Part shown: one piece after another, positions 38,226-50,745 of the stretch
Position numbering within the stretch: position 1 is the stretch's first letter
Layout: the number at the start of each line of letters is the position of its first letter
NCBI GenBank assembly: GCA_030390025.1
Contig: CM059432.1
Coordinates: forward strand, 7,378,001 to 7,442,000
Reading direction: 5' to 3'
Origin: Squalus acanthias
Lineage: Eukaryota
DNA: 64,000 nt
Notes under the pieces: generated by a model
The model's database searches: none
Told to the model about the DNA's origin: nothing
What the model saw: the letters and a program-made list of their open reading frames with translations, nothing else
Translations under genes and position numbers: made by a program

Positions 38226-38782
38226 TTCGATGTAATATAAGGTCCCGAAACATGGCTGGAGATAGTAGCAGATGGATGTCTGATTTGCTCCTTTCATGTT
38301 CTTTTGTCCACTCTCTATTCCTCTGAATCTGGCCTTCAGGGTATCCCACCACATCCCACCCCTCCACCCCACCATTGGCAGCCGTACCTTCAGTCACCCA
38401 GGCTCGATGCTCTGGAATTCCCTCCCAAAACCCCTCCACCTCCCTTTCCCGCTTTCAAAAACCCTCCTTTTTTCCACCAAGCTTTTGGTCGCCCTGTTCC
38501 TAATGTCTCCCACCTTGGCGCAGAAACCGAATTTTTGTTCCGAACACATCAACGGAGTGTGTTGGGGCTATTTCGCTCCCTTAAAGGCACTGGAAAAATG
38601 CAAATTGTTGCTGTTGTTGGTTTGTGCTCCCATCCCTCATCTCGCTATCCAGCTCCAGCATTCTCACCACACTGCACAGCACACTCCAATCCCACATCAC
38701 CGATACATCCCGTCACATCCTCAAAGCAAGGTGAGAAACCTGCGGTGTGACATTAACAAAGGCTTTGCTAATCGGTAGGATG

Positions 38783-39101
38783 CAACAACAACACCTTGCA
38801 TTTATACAGCGCCTTTAATGCAGTAAAACAGCCCACGGTGCTGCACAGGAGCGATTATCAGACAAAATTTGACACCGAGCCACAAAATCAGATATTAGGG
38901 CAGGTGACCAAAAGCTTGGTCAAAGAGGTAGGTTTTAAGGAGCGTCTTAAAGGAGCAGAGAGAGGTGGAGAGGCGGAGAGGTTTAGGCAGGGAATTCCAG
39001 AGCTTGGGGCCAAGGCACGGCTGCCAATGGTGGAGCAACTAAAATCAGGGATGTGCGAGAGGCCAGAATTGGAGGAGCGCAGAGATCTCAGAGGTTTGTA
39101 G
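38783..39101 (-). mobile_element. L2 3' tail fragment
   Basis: Reverse-complement similarity to ~44690-44930; (CAA)n end. Confidence 0.8.
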
Positions 39102-39863
39102 GAGATGCAACACCTGCCCTTATACATCCCCCCTTCCCACTCTCCAGGGCCCCAAACACCCCTTCCAGGTGAAACAGCGATTTACTTGTACTTCTAATCT
39201 AGTATACTGTATTCGCTGCTCACGATGTGGTCTCCTCTACATTGGGGAGACCAAACGCAGATTGGGTGACCGCTTTGCGGAACACCTCCGTTCAGTCCGG
39301 AAGGGTGACCCCGAGCTTCCGGTCGCTTGTCATTTTAATTCACCACTCCACGCTCACTCAGACCTCACCGTCCTCGGCCTCTTGCATTGTTCCACGGAAG
39401 CGCAGCGTAAGCTCCAGGAACAGCACCTCATCTTCCGTTTAGGCACTTTACAGCCTTCCGGACTCAATATCGAGTTCAACAATTTCAGATAATAACCCCG
39501 GCCCCTACCACATATGTATACATTTTATCCACACTTTTGGTCCGTGCCTTTTTCCTTTTTTTCTCTCTCTCCCCCCACGGCAGCTGTCTCTGATTCTGCC
39601 AGCATTTCACACCTTACCTTTTGTTTCTCAACCTGTCCCATTACCATCTCGTCTTGCCTTGAGCATCTCTCAATGTCTCTACTCACTAAAGACCATCCCT
39701 TTTGTTCTTTTATTCCTCCCCCCAGCCTCCCCCTTGCATTTTTATCTGTTTATTTCTTGCTCTTTCAGTTCCGACGAAGGGTTTCGACCTGAAACGTTAA
39801 CTCTCTTTCTCTCTCCACGGATGTTGCCTGGCCTGCTGAGTTTTTCCAACGTTTTCTGTTGTT
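39102..39863 (+). mobile_element. Penelope-like element 3' fragment (GIY-YIG domain and 3' repeat)
   Basis: ORF 39169-39492 NLVYCIRC...LYIGETKRRLGDRFAEH...GLN; 17-bp TSD ATCTCAGAGGTTTGTAG (39085-39101, 39864-39880). Confidence 0.9.
39767..39802 (+). ncRNA. Degenerate minimal hammerhead motif (core CCGACGA)
   Basis: Same layout as the other copies with a T>C change in the CUGA box. Confidence 0.55.
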
Positions 39864-39889
39864 ATCTCAGAGGTTTGTAGTGTTTGTAG

Positions 39890-40215
39890 TGAGATATCTG
39901 CCCTCCTCTAATTCTGCCTTCTTGAGGATCCCTGATTATAATCGCTCAACCATTGGCGGCCGTGCCTTCTGTTGCCTGGGCCCTAAGCTCTGGAATTCCC
40001 TGCCTAAACCTCTCCGCCTCGCTACCTCTCTTTCCTCCTTTAAGACGCTTCTTAAAACCGACCTCTTTGACCAAGCTTTTGGTCACCTGCCCCTAATTTA
40101 TCCTTATGTGGCTCGGTGCCAAATTCTTTTGTCTTTTAACACACCTATGAAGCGCCTTGGGACATTTTACTACGTTAAAGGTGCTATATAAATACACATT
40201 GTTGTTGTTGTTGTT
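39890..40215 (+). mobile_element. L2 3' tail fragment
   Basis: GGRAFCCLGPKLWNSLP; (TTG)n tail. Confidence 0.8.
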
Positions 40216-40417
40216 ATAGTACATAAAGGCCAATTAACAGTTAATTCCATTTAATATTTAACTCTATCTGCAAATGTATGACTAAGGGAAGCCAACAGGA
40301 TTGAGGAAAATATACACAGTGGGGTTCATTTACACCGATGCTGAACAACTGTCTCTCTCTGATAGGTGCTGGCGGTGGGTGAGGATCAGGGCTGGCTGTG
40401 CACACTTGGAAGCTTTA

Positions 40418-41310
40418 GGGGTAGAAATTAGGTCGCGCCCCATTTGGGGCGCAAATATCGTCCGGACGCAAATATTAGCGCCTGGCGCTAATTATCGGCA
40501 CTGACAGGAAACTTCACTTTTACCGCCCCGGGAGGTGAGTGGAGCGCTAAAGCAGGCGCTGCACACCTCTCTTAAGGCGCAAACGCCGAGCAGTGAGGCG
40601 CTAACTCGGAGCGCTGGCGAAGCTCATGTAATGTCAGTCAGCAATGGAACACACACACAATGGCACGGGCCAGTTCTTAAAGGGGATGGTTAATCTTGCT
40701 TTCCATCCACATCCTGTTCATTGCTGCCTTGAATCTCGGCCTGGAGAGACTTGCACATCAAATGTGCTGGAAAGAACAATGGAGAGTACCAGGCAAAGAG
40801 CTCAGAGTGCAGCTCCCACAGTCTCTGCTAAATCGATACAAGGAATGGCAAATCAAAATGAACCTGCAAAGTGCTGCTCAGTACCCAAAACTCCTACACA
40901 CAACGTTGAATCTCTCCAGAAGTCTCTCCCTCTCTCTCTCAGAATGCGTAGTTCAAAAATGCCACCAACAATAAAAGACAGGAAGAGGCCCCCTTTAAAT
41001 AGCGCCCCCCCCAGCCCCACAGCGATTGATAGCGTTCCAGTCTTCTGGTCATTGGAAGCGCCAGGCGGTAAGGCAGGGGGCGCCACTCAATTTCCGCTAT
41101 GGGGCGCCACAAGGGCGTTGCACCAAGGAATGACGTCACAATCTGCGCGCGCAGGTGGTCGCAGCGGTAAGTTTTAGTGCCGCCGCACAATCTCAAGTTA
41201 AGTTCTCGAGCGGCGCAAACATCGCTGCGCCCGGGCGTTAGCGGCTTTGCGCCCCATTAGCGCCCTCTTAAGGCGCTAACGGGAGGCGCAACCAAGTGAA
41301 TTTTTACCCC
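40418..41310 (+). mobile_element. Harbinger MITE, family A, copy 5
   Basis: TSD TTA/TTA; nearly identical to copy 4. Confidence 0.93.
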
Positions 41311-41896
41311 TTAGCCGGACTAATTTGGAAGTTTCTGTATTTTCCTCCCTCCCAGCATACGCACCCATCTGTGCGATATTATTTTGTTTCTTAGCCAAAA
41401 CCATAGCAGCAGCATTCAGAAGCAGCTCACTTCGTTTTTGCATACCATTGGAGTTATCCAAAGAGTACTTGTTAACGTAACAGTGCGGCTTAATAAAATA
41501 AAACTTCCAAGAGTCCATTGGAGACCCACTTACAGAGAGCAATCACGCCCAGGGAGTCAGACTACATTTGTACAGAAGCTTTATTGCTGTGTACATAACC
41601 GCTTCCATAACACTGATCCCCTGTGGGCAAAATAAGACTTGCTGCAGGGATCAACAGTAGTCCGACGTCTGCACACATTCAACTCGCATAACAAAGAACC
41701 TGGAAGCAAAGGTTTTTGTGGTCCATTTATTATACATGCCTTGGTACAGAAATGTTGCTGTAGTAGATGAGAAACCATTTCCAAGAAAATTGCATGTTTC
41801 CATCTTTCATAGAATCACAGAATCATAGAAATTTACGGCACAGAAGGAGGCCATTTGGCCCAGCGTTTCTGTGCTGGCCGAAAAAGTGCTAAAAAG

Positions 41897-42234
41897 AAAA
41901 AAGAAGAAAGGCTTGCATTTCTACCGCGCCTTTCACCACCACCAGCTGTCCCAAAGCGTTTTACAGCCAATGAAGTACTTTTTTGAAGTGTAGTCACTGT
42001 TGTAATGTAGGAAATGCGGCAGCTAATTGGCGCACAGCAAGCTCCCACAAACAGCAATGTGATAATGACCAGATAATCCGTTTTTAGTGATGTTGATTGA
42101 GGGATAAATATTGGAGCCAGGACACCGGAGATAACTCCCCCCTGCTCTTCTTCGAAATAGTGGCCGTGGGATCTTTTATGGCCACCTGAGGGGGCAGACG
42201 GGGGCCTCGGTTTAACGTCTCATCCGAAAGACGG
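41897..42234 (-). mobile_element. Deu-domain SINE, 5' truncated
   Basis: Same family. Confidence 0.82.
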
Positions 42235-42667
42235 ATCCAGCCTAATCCCACTTTCCAGCTCATGGTCCGTAGCTTTGTAGGTTATAGCACGTTAAGTGCA
42301 TATCCAAGTACTCTTTAAATGCGATGAGGGATCCTGCCTTTACCACCCTTTATTGCATGCATGTGCAAGCTTTATGAATCCTGTTTCATCGCCTGCATCG
42401 TCTGTATCTGACGATCTAAATGGGTAACAGAGAATATTCAGGAGAAGTTTAATGTGGGTTGTGGGGAAATGTTGAGTAGAGTCCCAATGCTTGGACCCCC
42501 TGTTGGATTCTATCTATAAATGGAAACGATTGATTCCGTGTAGGTGGCAGTCAATAGCAGTCGGCAAGCTTCTTGATAGTGAGATAGATGACTCATTAAC
42601 ACTCTCAAGTTCATTCCACAGCCCAGCAATTAAATTAGATTAATGAGTGCTACTGACTGAAACTTAC

Positions 42668-42724
42668 CATTTCTTCTCAGAAAGATTTCAGCAGTACCAC
42701 TTCTTACACGAGAGAGCACATTTG
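42668..42724 (-). other. Candidate 57-nt host-gene exon (xNVLSRVRSGTAEIFLRRNx)
   Basis: ttctcattaattgcag acceptor, G|GTAAGT donor, phase 1-1, only one open frame, non-repetitive context; protein not recognised. Confidence 0.3.
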
Positions 42725-44012
42725 CTGCAATTAATGAGAAGTGTTTAAATCATTTGGAAAAGAACATAAACCTATGTATTAAAAAATTTTGCGGAAGCAA
42801 TAACTGCTTTGTAGGAATATAAAAAGCATTGGCTTGCAGGAACCTTTTGGTAAAATAGGACCTGGTTACTTATGCTAGGAACGTAAGGCCAACCCATCTC
42901 TGTAACCTCCTCCAGCCCTACAACCTCTCAAGAAACTCTGCGCTCCTCCAATTCTGGCCTCTTCCCCGATTTCCTTCGTCCTTCCTTTGGCGGCCGTACC
43001 TTCAGCTGTCTACATAGGTTTCTGTTCTTTTCTAAATGATTTCAGAATAAGGGGTCACCCATTTAAGACGGAGATGAGAAGGAATTTCTTCTCTCAGAGG
43101 GTCGTGAATCTTTGGAATTCTCTACCCCGGAGAGCTGTGGAGGCGGAGTCAGTGAATATATTCAAGGCGGAGATTGACAGACATTTGAACTACAAGGGAG
43201 TCGAGGGGTATGGGGAGAGAGCGGGAAAGTGGTGTTGAGGACAAGATTGGATCAGCCATGATCTTATTGAATGGCGGAGCAGGCTCGAGGAGCCGATTGG
43301 CCTACTCCTGCTCATGTTTCTTATGTTCTTATGTTCTTAGGCCCTGAGCTCTGGAATTCCCTCCCTAAACCTCTCTGCCTCTCTACCTCTCTCTCCTCAT
43401 TTAAGACGCTCTTACTTAATTTTAACTCTTTGACCAACTTTTGGTCACCTGTCCTAATATCTCTTTATGAGGCTCGGTGTCAAAGTTTGTCTGATAACGC
43501 TCCTGTGAGGCGCCTTGGGTCGTTTTACTGCATTAAAGGTGCTATATGAATGCACATTGTTGTTGATGTTGTTCCCAAATAACAGGAAACATGGTTCCAT
43601 TCTTTAGAAACTTCTTAGTTCTATTGTCACCTTTAAAGTTAGAAGGAATAATGATGAGACTATATTTGTCAGCATTTCCCAAAGCAAATGGAACAACTTA
43701 TATCCATCGGTATTTAAGATTCTGCCTTAAGTGAAATTGCCATCCTACACTTGACACAAATTAGACAAGTAATTTAAAGAGCGTGCTGCTGGTAAGAGCA
43801 GATGGGAAGTCACGATGATGATTATGCCAGGGGATTATTAAAGAAAAATTGTTTGGAGGAGTTGCCATAAGGTTTGGGTTCATCTTTTAGTTCTTTATTT
43901 CAGATGGTGCATTTAGTGGATAATCTAATTCAATAAATGGTAACTCTACCCTGAGGAATTGTTAAATAGATCCAGTCGTTGCTTTTTTCCTCTTGCTTCT
44001 TGCAGGAATGAA

Positions 44013-44930
44013 CAAGGATCTATCCTTGGCCCCCTCCAATTTCTCATCTACATGCTGCCCCTCGGCGACATCATCCGAAAACATAGCGTCAGTGTCACAT
44101 GTACGACACCCAGCTCTACCTCAGCACCACTTCTCTTGACCCATCCACGGTCTCTAAATTGTCAGACTACTGTCCGACATCCAGTACTGGAGGAGCAGAA
44201 ATTTCCTCCAACTCCGTTCCCTAGCCACAGACTCCATCCCTCTCCCTGGTCACTGCCTGAGGCTGAACCAGACTGTTCGCAACCTTGGTGTCATATTTGA
44301 CCCCGAGATGAGCTTCCGACCACATATCTGCGCCATCACTAAGACCGCCTACTTCCACCTCCGCAACATCGCCCGACTCCGCCCCTGCCTCAGCTCATCC
44401 GCTGCTGAAACCCTCATCCATGCCTTTGTTACCTCTAGACTTGACTATTCCAACGCACACCTGGCTGGCCTCCCACATTCCACCCTACGTAAACTTGAGG
44501 TCATCCAAAACTCGGCTGCCCATGTCCTAACTCGCACCAAGTCCCGTTCGCACATCACCCCTGTGCTCGCTGACCTATGTTGGCTCCCAGTTAAGCAACG
44601 CCTCGATTTTAAAATTCTCATCCTTGTTTTCAAATCCCTCCATGGCCCTCGCCCCTCCCTATCTCTGTAATCTCCTCCAGCCCTACAAACCCCCGAGATA
44701 TCTGCGCTCCTCCAATTTTGGCCTCCATTGGCGGCCGTGCCTTCAGCTGTCTCAGCCCTGAGCTCTGGAATTCCCTCCCTAAAGCTCTCCGCCTTTCTAC
44801 CTCTCTTTCCTCCTTTAAGACACCTGCCCTAAGATCTCCTTAGGTGACAAATTTTGTTTGATAATTGCTCCTGTGAAACATCTTACTACATTAAAGGCGC
44901 TATATAAACACATGTTGTTGTTGTTGTTGT
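44013..44930 (+). mobile_element. L2 LINE 3' fragment
   Basis: QGSILGP, AYFHLRNIARLRPCL, HAFVTSRLDYSN, WLPVKQR; (TTG)n tail. Confidence 0.85.
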
Positions 44931-45087
44931 GTCATTTCGTTGACAAAATTGCACAGTCTACTCTCCTTCCTTCAAAGTTGGTTCATTCAAATCATTAGAG
45001 AATTAAATATATTTATACTTTTTTTAATGCTACCATTTTCTTTAGATTGGTTAATAGTGGTTACGGTAGCATCTCACGAGTGGTTAC

Positions 45088-45672
45088 GCGAGTGTCTCCC
45101 CTCCTGACTCCCTAAAGCCTTTCCACCATCTACAAGGCACAAGTAAGGAGTGTGATGGAATACTCTCCACTTGCCTGGATGAGTGCAGCTCCAACAACAA
45201 TCAAGAAGCTCGACACCATCCAGGACAAAGCAGCCCGCTTGATTGGCACTCCATCCACCACCTTAAACATTCACTCCCTCCACCACTGGCGTACCATGGC
45301 TGCAGTGTATACCATCTACAAGATTCACTGCAGCAACTCGCCAAGGCTTCTTCGGCAGCACCTCCCAAACCCGTGACCTCTTCCACCTAGAAGGACAAGG
45401 GCAGCAGGCGCATGGGAACACCACCACCTCCAAGTTCCCCTCCAAGTCACACACCATCCTGACTTAGAAGTATATCGGCCGCTCCTTCATCGTCTCTGGG
45501 TCAAAATCCTGGAACTCCCTCCCTAACAGTACTGTGGGAGTACCTTCACCACACGGACTGTAGCGGTTCAAGAAGGCGGCTCACCACCACCTTCGCAAGG
45601 GTCATTAGGAATGGGCAATAAATGCTGGCCTATGCAGCGACGTCCACATCCTGTGAATAAATAAATTTTAAA
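45088..45672 (+). mobile_element. 3' fragment of the same LINE family
   Basis: MEYSPLAWMSAAPTT ORF and shared 3' tail. Confidence 0.85.
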
Positions 45673-46428
45673 AAATTCAAATATTGGACGATTCCATTTT
45701 GTTTCCAACTTTGTATTTTCCAGAGTAGACGGTAATGTCAAATATGGGAGGCTCCACACTGGACTCCAGCCTGGAGCCTCACTGGATGGGGCTGGTTAGC
45801 AGATGCATCTCTTAATAATATAGGATCAATTATGTGTCCCACTGTGACACAGTTCTAGTCTCCATGCTATAAAAAGGACATCAAAACACTGGAGAAAGCG
45901 CACAAAGTTTTGTAGCAGGAGTGAAGCCTTTTTAAATTTCTCTATAAAAAGATCCCTATTAAATTCTAAAGGGTTTTGATAGGGCAGACACAGAGAAAAA
46001 GAATTCTGCTTGTCGGGGAATCTAAAACTCGGGGTCATAAATATGAGATAGTTGCTAATAAATCCAATAAGGAATTCAGGAGAAACTTACCCAGGGAACA
46101 TAAGAACACAAGAACATAAGCATTAGGAGCAGGAGTAGGCCATGCGGCCCCTCGAGCCTGCTCCGCCATTCAATAAGATCATGGCCGATCTTCGACCTCA
46201 ACTCCACTTTCCTGCCCAATCCCCATATCCTTTGATTCCCCTAAAGAGTGGTGAGAATGTGGAACTCGCTACCACAGGGAGTGGTTGAGGCTAATAGCAT
46301 AGATGCATTTAAGGGGAAGCTAGATAAACACATGAGGGAGAAAGGAATAGAAGGGTATGTTGATAAGGTGAGATTTACAAGAATGTTGCCGGGAGTAGAG
46401 AATCTTAGCTATGAGGAAAGACTGGATC

Positions 46429-46949
46429 GTGTAAGGCCTGCTTTTACCAGCATAAGAGTTGAAAAAAAGTTTTAAAAAAATAAAACATTTTTTTCACTCA
46501 TTTATCATTTAAAAATAATTTTTTTAAAGTTAAGTTTATTTTTAGCCCCGTTAAAAACTTTAATTATTATTTTTTTTAATTACATTTTTGTTTAAAATAT
46601 TTAATTTATTGTAATTTCAACTTATTTTAAAAATGTGATGTTTTCTTTAAATGTATTTAATGTTTTACTGTGTTTTTGGGGTGATCTCCATTCATACTTT
46701 TGACAGGTCCGTCTGTCAAGCGTATGAAGGGGGATTCCCTTCTTTCATTGGCTCCCCATGGCCCACGTGATCCCAGGGACGCTTGCGAACCGCCTGCGCC
46801 CCTGGGATACGTGGGCCCTGCACATTTCGACCGTGAAGAGGCCCAGGAGCGGAAATGGCCGGTCCTCGGGAGCCCTCAGGTAAGTCCGTAGATTTTTCCA
46901 GATCGGAGGCCTCCGCACGCAGGAAGCCTGCGATTGGAAAATACGGCCC
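46429..46949 (+). mobile_element. Partial family C-related MITE (right half)
   Basis: Homologous to ~50225-50745 and ~57000-57413; ends GAAAATACGGCCC followed by ATT. Confidence 0.6.
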
Positions 46950-47713
46950 ATTGACTGTCAAATCTTTTCCTTGTTTTTCAATTTCTTTACACAATAATCT
47001 AAGTAATATTTTCATATTCATCCTCCAGTTTGAACCCAACATTTTCATTAATTTCTCATTTCTAGTGGACCTATGCACCACTTCTTTGAAGTCATAAGTA
47101 GACAGGCAGGAAAAGACCAACTGGTCCATCAAGCCATAAGAACATAAGAAAAAGGAGCAGGAGTCGGCCATTTGGCCCCTCGAACCTGCTCCGCCATTCA
47201 ATAATATCATGGCTGATCTTCTACCTCATCTCCACTTTCCTGAACTATCCCCATATCCTTTGATACCACACCACACCATGATGGCCAGAGCATCATGACT
47301 AAATACTTCCACCCTCGCTCCCCCCTCCCCCCCACCCTACCTTCTTTGCAGCCATGTAATTCCCTGGGAAAGGCATTAAAATAAAAAAAAACAGAAAAAC
47401 AACCCAGGGCCAATAAGGGGAAAAATACTTTGGAAAATTCCTCTCCGACCCCCCCTTCAGGCGATCGGAACCAGTCCAGGAGATCACATGGACCAAGTGT
47501 TGTCTATAAAGAAACCTACCTTCTAGGTGATGCGATCTCCAGTCAGGAACTGTTCCAGCTCCCTCTTGAAGGCAATGCAGAGATTAGCTCCCACTGCACC
47601 AACCGGGAATGCATTCCAGAGGCTCACGGCTCTCTGGGAAAAGAGGAAGCGCCTAACATTCAGTCTATTCCTACTCTTACCACAGTTTGAACTCGTGTCC
47701 CTGGTCCTCCTGA

Positions 47714-48170
47714 TGTCAGCTGTGGCTCAGTGGGTAGCACACTCGCCTCTGTAGATCAATGAAGGTTGTGGGTTCAAGTCCCACTCCGGGGATGATAAAC
47801 ACATAAAGCTAGGTTGAAACTCCAGTGCGAGTGCTGCACTGTCGGAGGTGCTGTCTTTCGGAAGAGACGTTAAACCAAGGCGTTATCTGCTTTCTCAAGT
47901 GGACGTAAAAAATCCCACGGCCACTATTTTGAAGAAGAGCAGGGGAGTTATCCCTGGTGTCCTGGACCAATATTTATCCCTCAACCAAAATAACAAAAAC
48001 AGATTATCTGGTCATTATCACATTGCTGTTTGTGGGACCTTGCTGTGCGCAAATTGGCTGCCGTGTTTTCCACATTACAACAGTGACTCCACTTCATTGA
48101 CTGTAAAGTGCTTTGAGACGTCCGGTGGCCGTGAAAGGCGCTGTATAAATGCAAGTCTTTCTTTCTTTTT
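47714..48170 (+). mobile_element. Deu-domain SINE
   Basis: Same family. Confidence 0.83.
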
Positions 48171-48683
48171 CTCCCCAATCTGTTAAACTGGAATAAGCTA
48201 TCAAAAGGCAGGCTATTACATCTGTAATTACAAATTGTAATGGATAATACCATTCCAACGCTGTTCAGAATTAGTCTTCCTGGTAGGAGATCTGCCCATA
48301 ACAGTAAACTAGCAGTTAATGAATAGGTTTCCAGCATTAATCCCTGCTGTGACTGTCATCTCCAGTATGCAAATGCAGGCTCTTTCTTCCCACGTTATAT
48401 CATTGCTGTAGCACATCTAAACAGTTGCTAAAACCTGTCGCTTGCTGAAATAAAATCGTTAACTCCAACAGGCTCCGCAGTTGGCTCAGCAAGGTTGTCC
48501 GGTGAGTAGCCAGACCGTTAGGTTCAGGAAGATCCCAGGTTCTGGCTGCAGGCAGCGCGGAGTCGTCCAATAGACAGTAGGCAGGTTACAATTAGAATGT
48601 GGAACTCGCTACCACTGGGAGCAGTTGAGGCGAATTAACATAGATGCATTTAAAGGGAAGCACACGAGGGGGAAAGGAATAGA

Positions 48684-49574
48684 GGGGGAAAAATTCAGTA
48701 TCGCCCCATTTGGGGCGCAATTATCGGCTGGGCGCAAAGATTAGCGCCTGACGCTAATTATCGCCTCCGACTGCAAACTTGGCTTTTATCGCCCCTGGAG
48801 GTGATTGGAGCGCTAAATCAGGTGCTTCACACCTGTCTTGGGGGCAAAGGCCGAGGAGCGAGGCGCTACCTCAGAGCGCTGGCGAAGCTCATGTGATGTC
48901 AGTCAGCAATGGAACACAGACACACTGGCCCCGGCCAGTTCTTAAAGGGGAGGGTTGATCTTGCTCTCCATCCACATCCTGCTCATTGCAGCCTTGAATC
49001 TCGGCCTGGAGAGACCTGTACATCAAATCTGCTGGAAAGAACAATGGAGAGGCCCAGGGAAAGAGCTCAGAGTGCAGCCCCCACAGTCTCTTCTAAATAG
49101 ATGCAAGGAAAGGCAAATCAAAATGAACCTGCAAAGTGCTGCTCAGTACCCAAAACTCCTTCACACAGCATTGAATGTCTCCAGGAGTCTCTCTCTCTCT
49201 CTCTCAGAATGCGTGGTGCAAAAATGTCACCAACAAAAAAAGGCAGGAAGCGTTCGCCTTTAAATAGCGCTCCCCCAGTCCCTTCCTGACTGTAAAACGC
49301 TCCCCTCAACCTGTCGTTGCTAGCGGCAGGCGGTAAGGCAGGGGGCACCACTCAATATCGGCTCCGGGGCGCTACCGGGGCGTTGCGCACTCGACTGATG
49401 TCACGATCTGCCGGTGCAGGAGATCGTGGTGGTAGTGTTTAGCGCTGCCGCAAAATGTCTAGTTAATTTCGCGAGCGGCGTAACATCGCCGCGCCCAGGC
49501 GCTAGTTGCTTTGCGCCCCATTAGCGCCCTCTTAAGGCGCTAACAGGAGGCGCAACCAACTGAATTTTCCCCCC
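48684..49574 (+). mobile_element. Harbinger MITE, family A, copy 6
   Basis: TIR GGGGGAAAAATTCA...TGAATTTTCCCCCC; TSD AGA/AGA inside a CR1 3' end. Confidence 0.92.
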
Positions 49575-49690
49575 AGAAGGTTATATTGATGGGGTGAGGT
49601 GAAGTAGGGCGGGAGGAGGCTCATGTGGAGCATAAACGCCAGCACAGACCTATTAAGCTGAATGGCCTGTTTCTCTGCTGTAAATTCTAC

Positions 49691-50745
49691 GGGCTGGATT
49701 TTCCCCGTTTCCCACCCGCACGGTGCGGGGGGACCCGGGAGACGGTGGGAAACCCGGAAGTTCGGAGTTTCCAAGCCCGGGATGGGGGATCCGACCCCCG
49801 ACCCCGGGGAGGGGCGGGGCGGGGGGGGAGCTGCTGCTGGTGCGGGAGCTTGGGGGGCCGTAAGGAAGCACTCCTGCTCCTCCCGGCCCACCAGGGTTAC
49901 TCCCCGAGGTTGTGGACTGCCTCGTTGCAGCCACCGGGAATCCCGAGCCCCGTGATCCCCGGCCGCCTGCAGTAAAGCCAGCAAAGCAGGTTAAAGTAGA
50001 GGCTTCAGGCCTCATTATCATATTTAAATTGCCGACCTGCCTCCTGGCAGCGGGCTGCGCATGTGCGTAAACCCGGAACTGGCGATCTGTCCAGGTTTCA
50101 GCTTGGACAGATCGTACACATGCGCAGGGAATGGACATTTGCGGGCGGAGAGTTGGGCTATTTTCACCAACTACTGCCCAGCGAATGCCCATGAAACCCT
50201 TACGCCTGGTACAAGCAGGGACAGGGCCTTCTTTTACCAGCGTAAGGGCGAAAAGAAATATTAAAATAAATTTTTAAAAATCATTTAAACATTTAAAAAC
50301 CTTTAATATTGGTTTAGGTTATTTTTGGCCCCTTTAGAAATGTTTACATTTATTTTTCAAAAAATTTAATTTTTGTTTTAAATGTTTAATAAAATTGTAT
50401 TTTTTATTAATTTTAAACATGTGTGATTTATTTTTATTTAGGTTGTGTGAAAGTGTGTTTTTTCGGGGATTCCTATTCATGCTCATGGGAATTCCGACCA
50501 TAAGTGGAGTCTCCATAAGCATAATGGGAATCCCCCTTTGTGATTGGTTGGGCCGGCCCACATGATCCCAGGGATGCTTGTGAACCGCCTGCCCCCCTGG
50601 GATACGCGGACCTTTACTCAGGCCTACACCCGCAGGCCCAGGAGCGCGAGAGTCCGAAGGTAAGGAGGTCCCAAGTAGGTGCGTACTTTTCTTGCGGATC
50701 GGAGGCATTCGCCCGCGGGAAGCTTCCGACCGCAATTTCAGGTCC
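49691..50745 (+). mobile_element. Putative non-autonomous DNA transposon related to family C
   Basis: Shares the GATCCCAGGGA...CCCCTGGGATA block with ~57230 and ~46770; imperfect GGGCTGGATTTT/AATTTCAGGTCC ends; no clear TSD. Confidence 0.6.

Noticed and set aside
36918..38375. 485-aa ORF with a novel N-terminus
   Set aside because: The first ~50 aa come from flanking sequence including antisense L2; only the CR1 RT part is real
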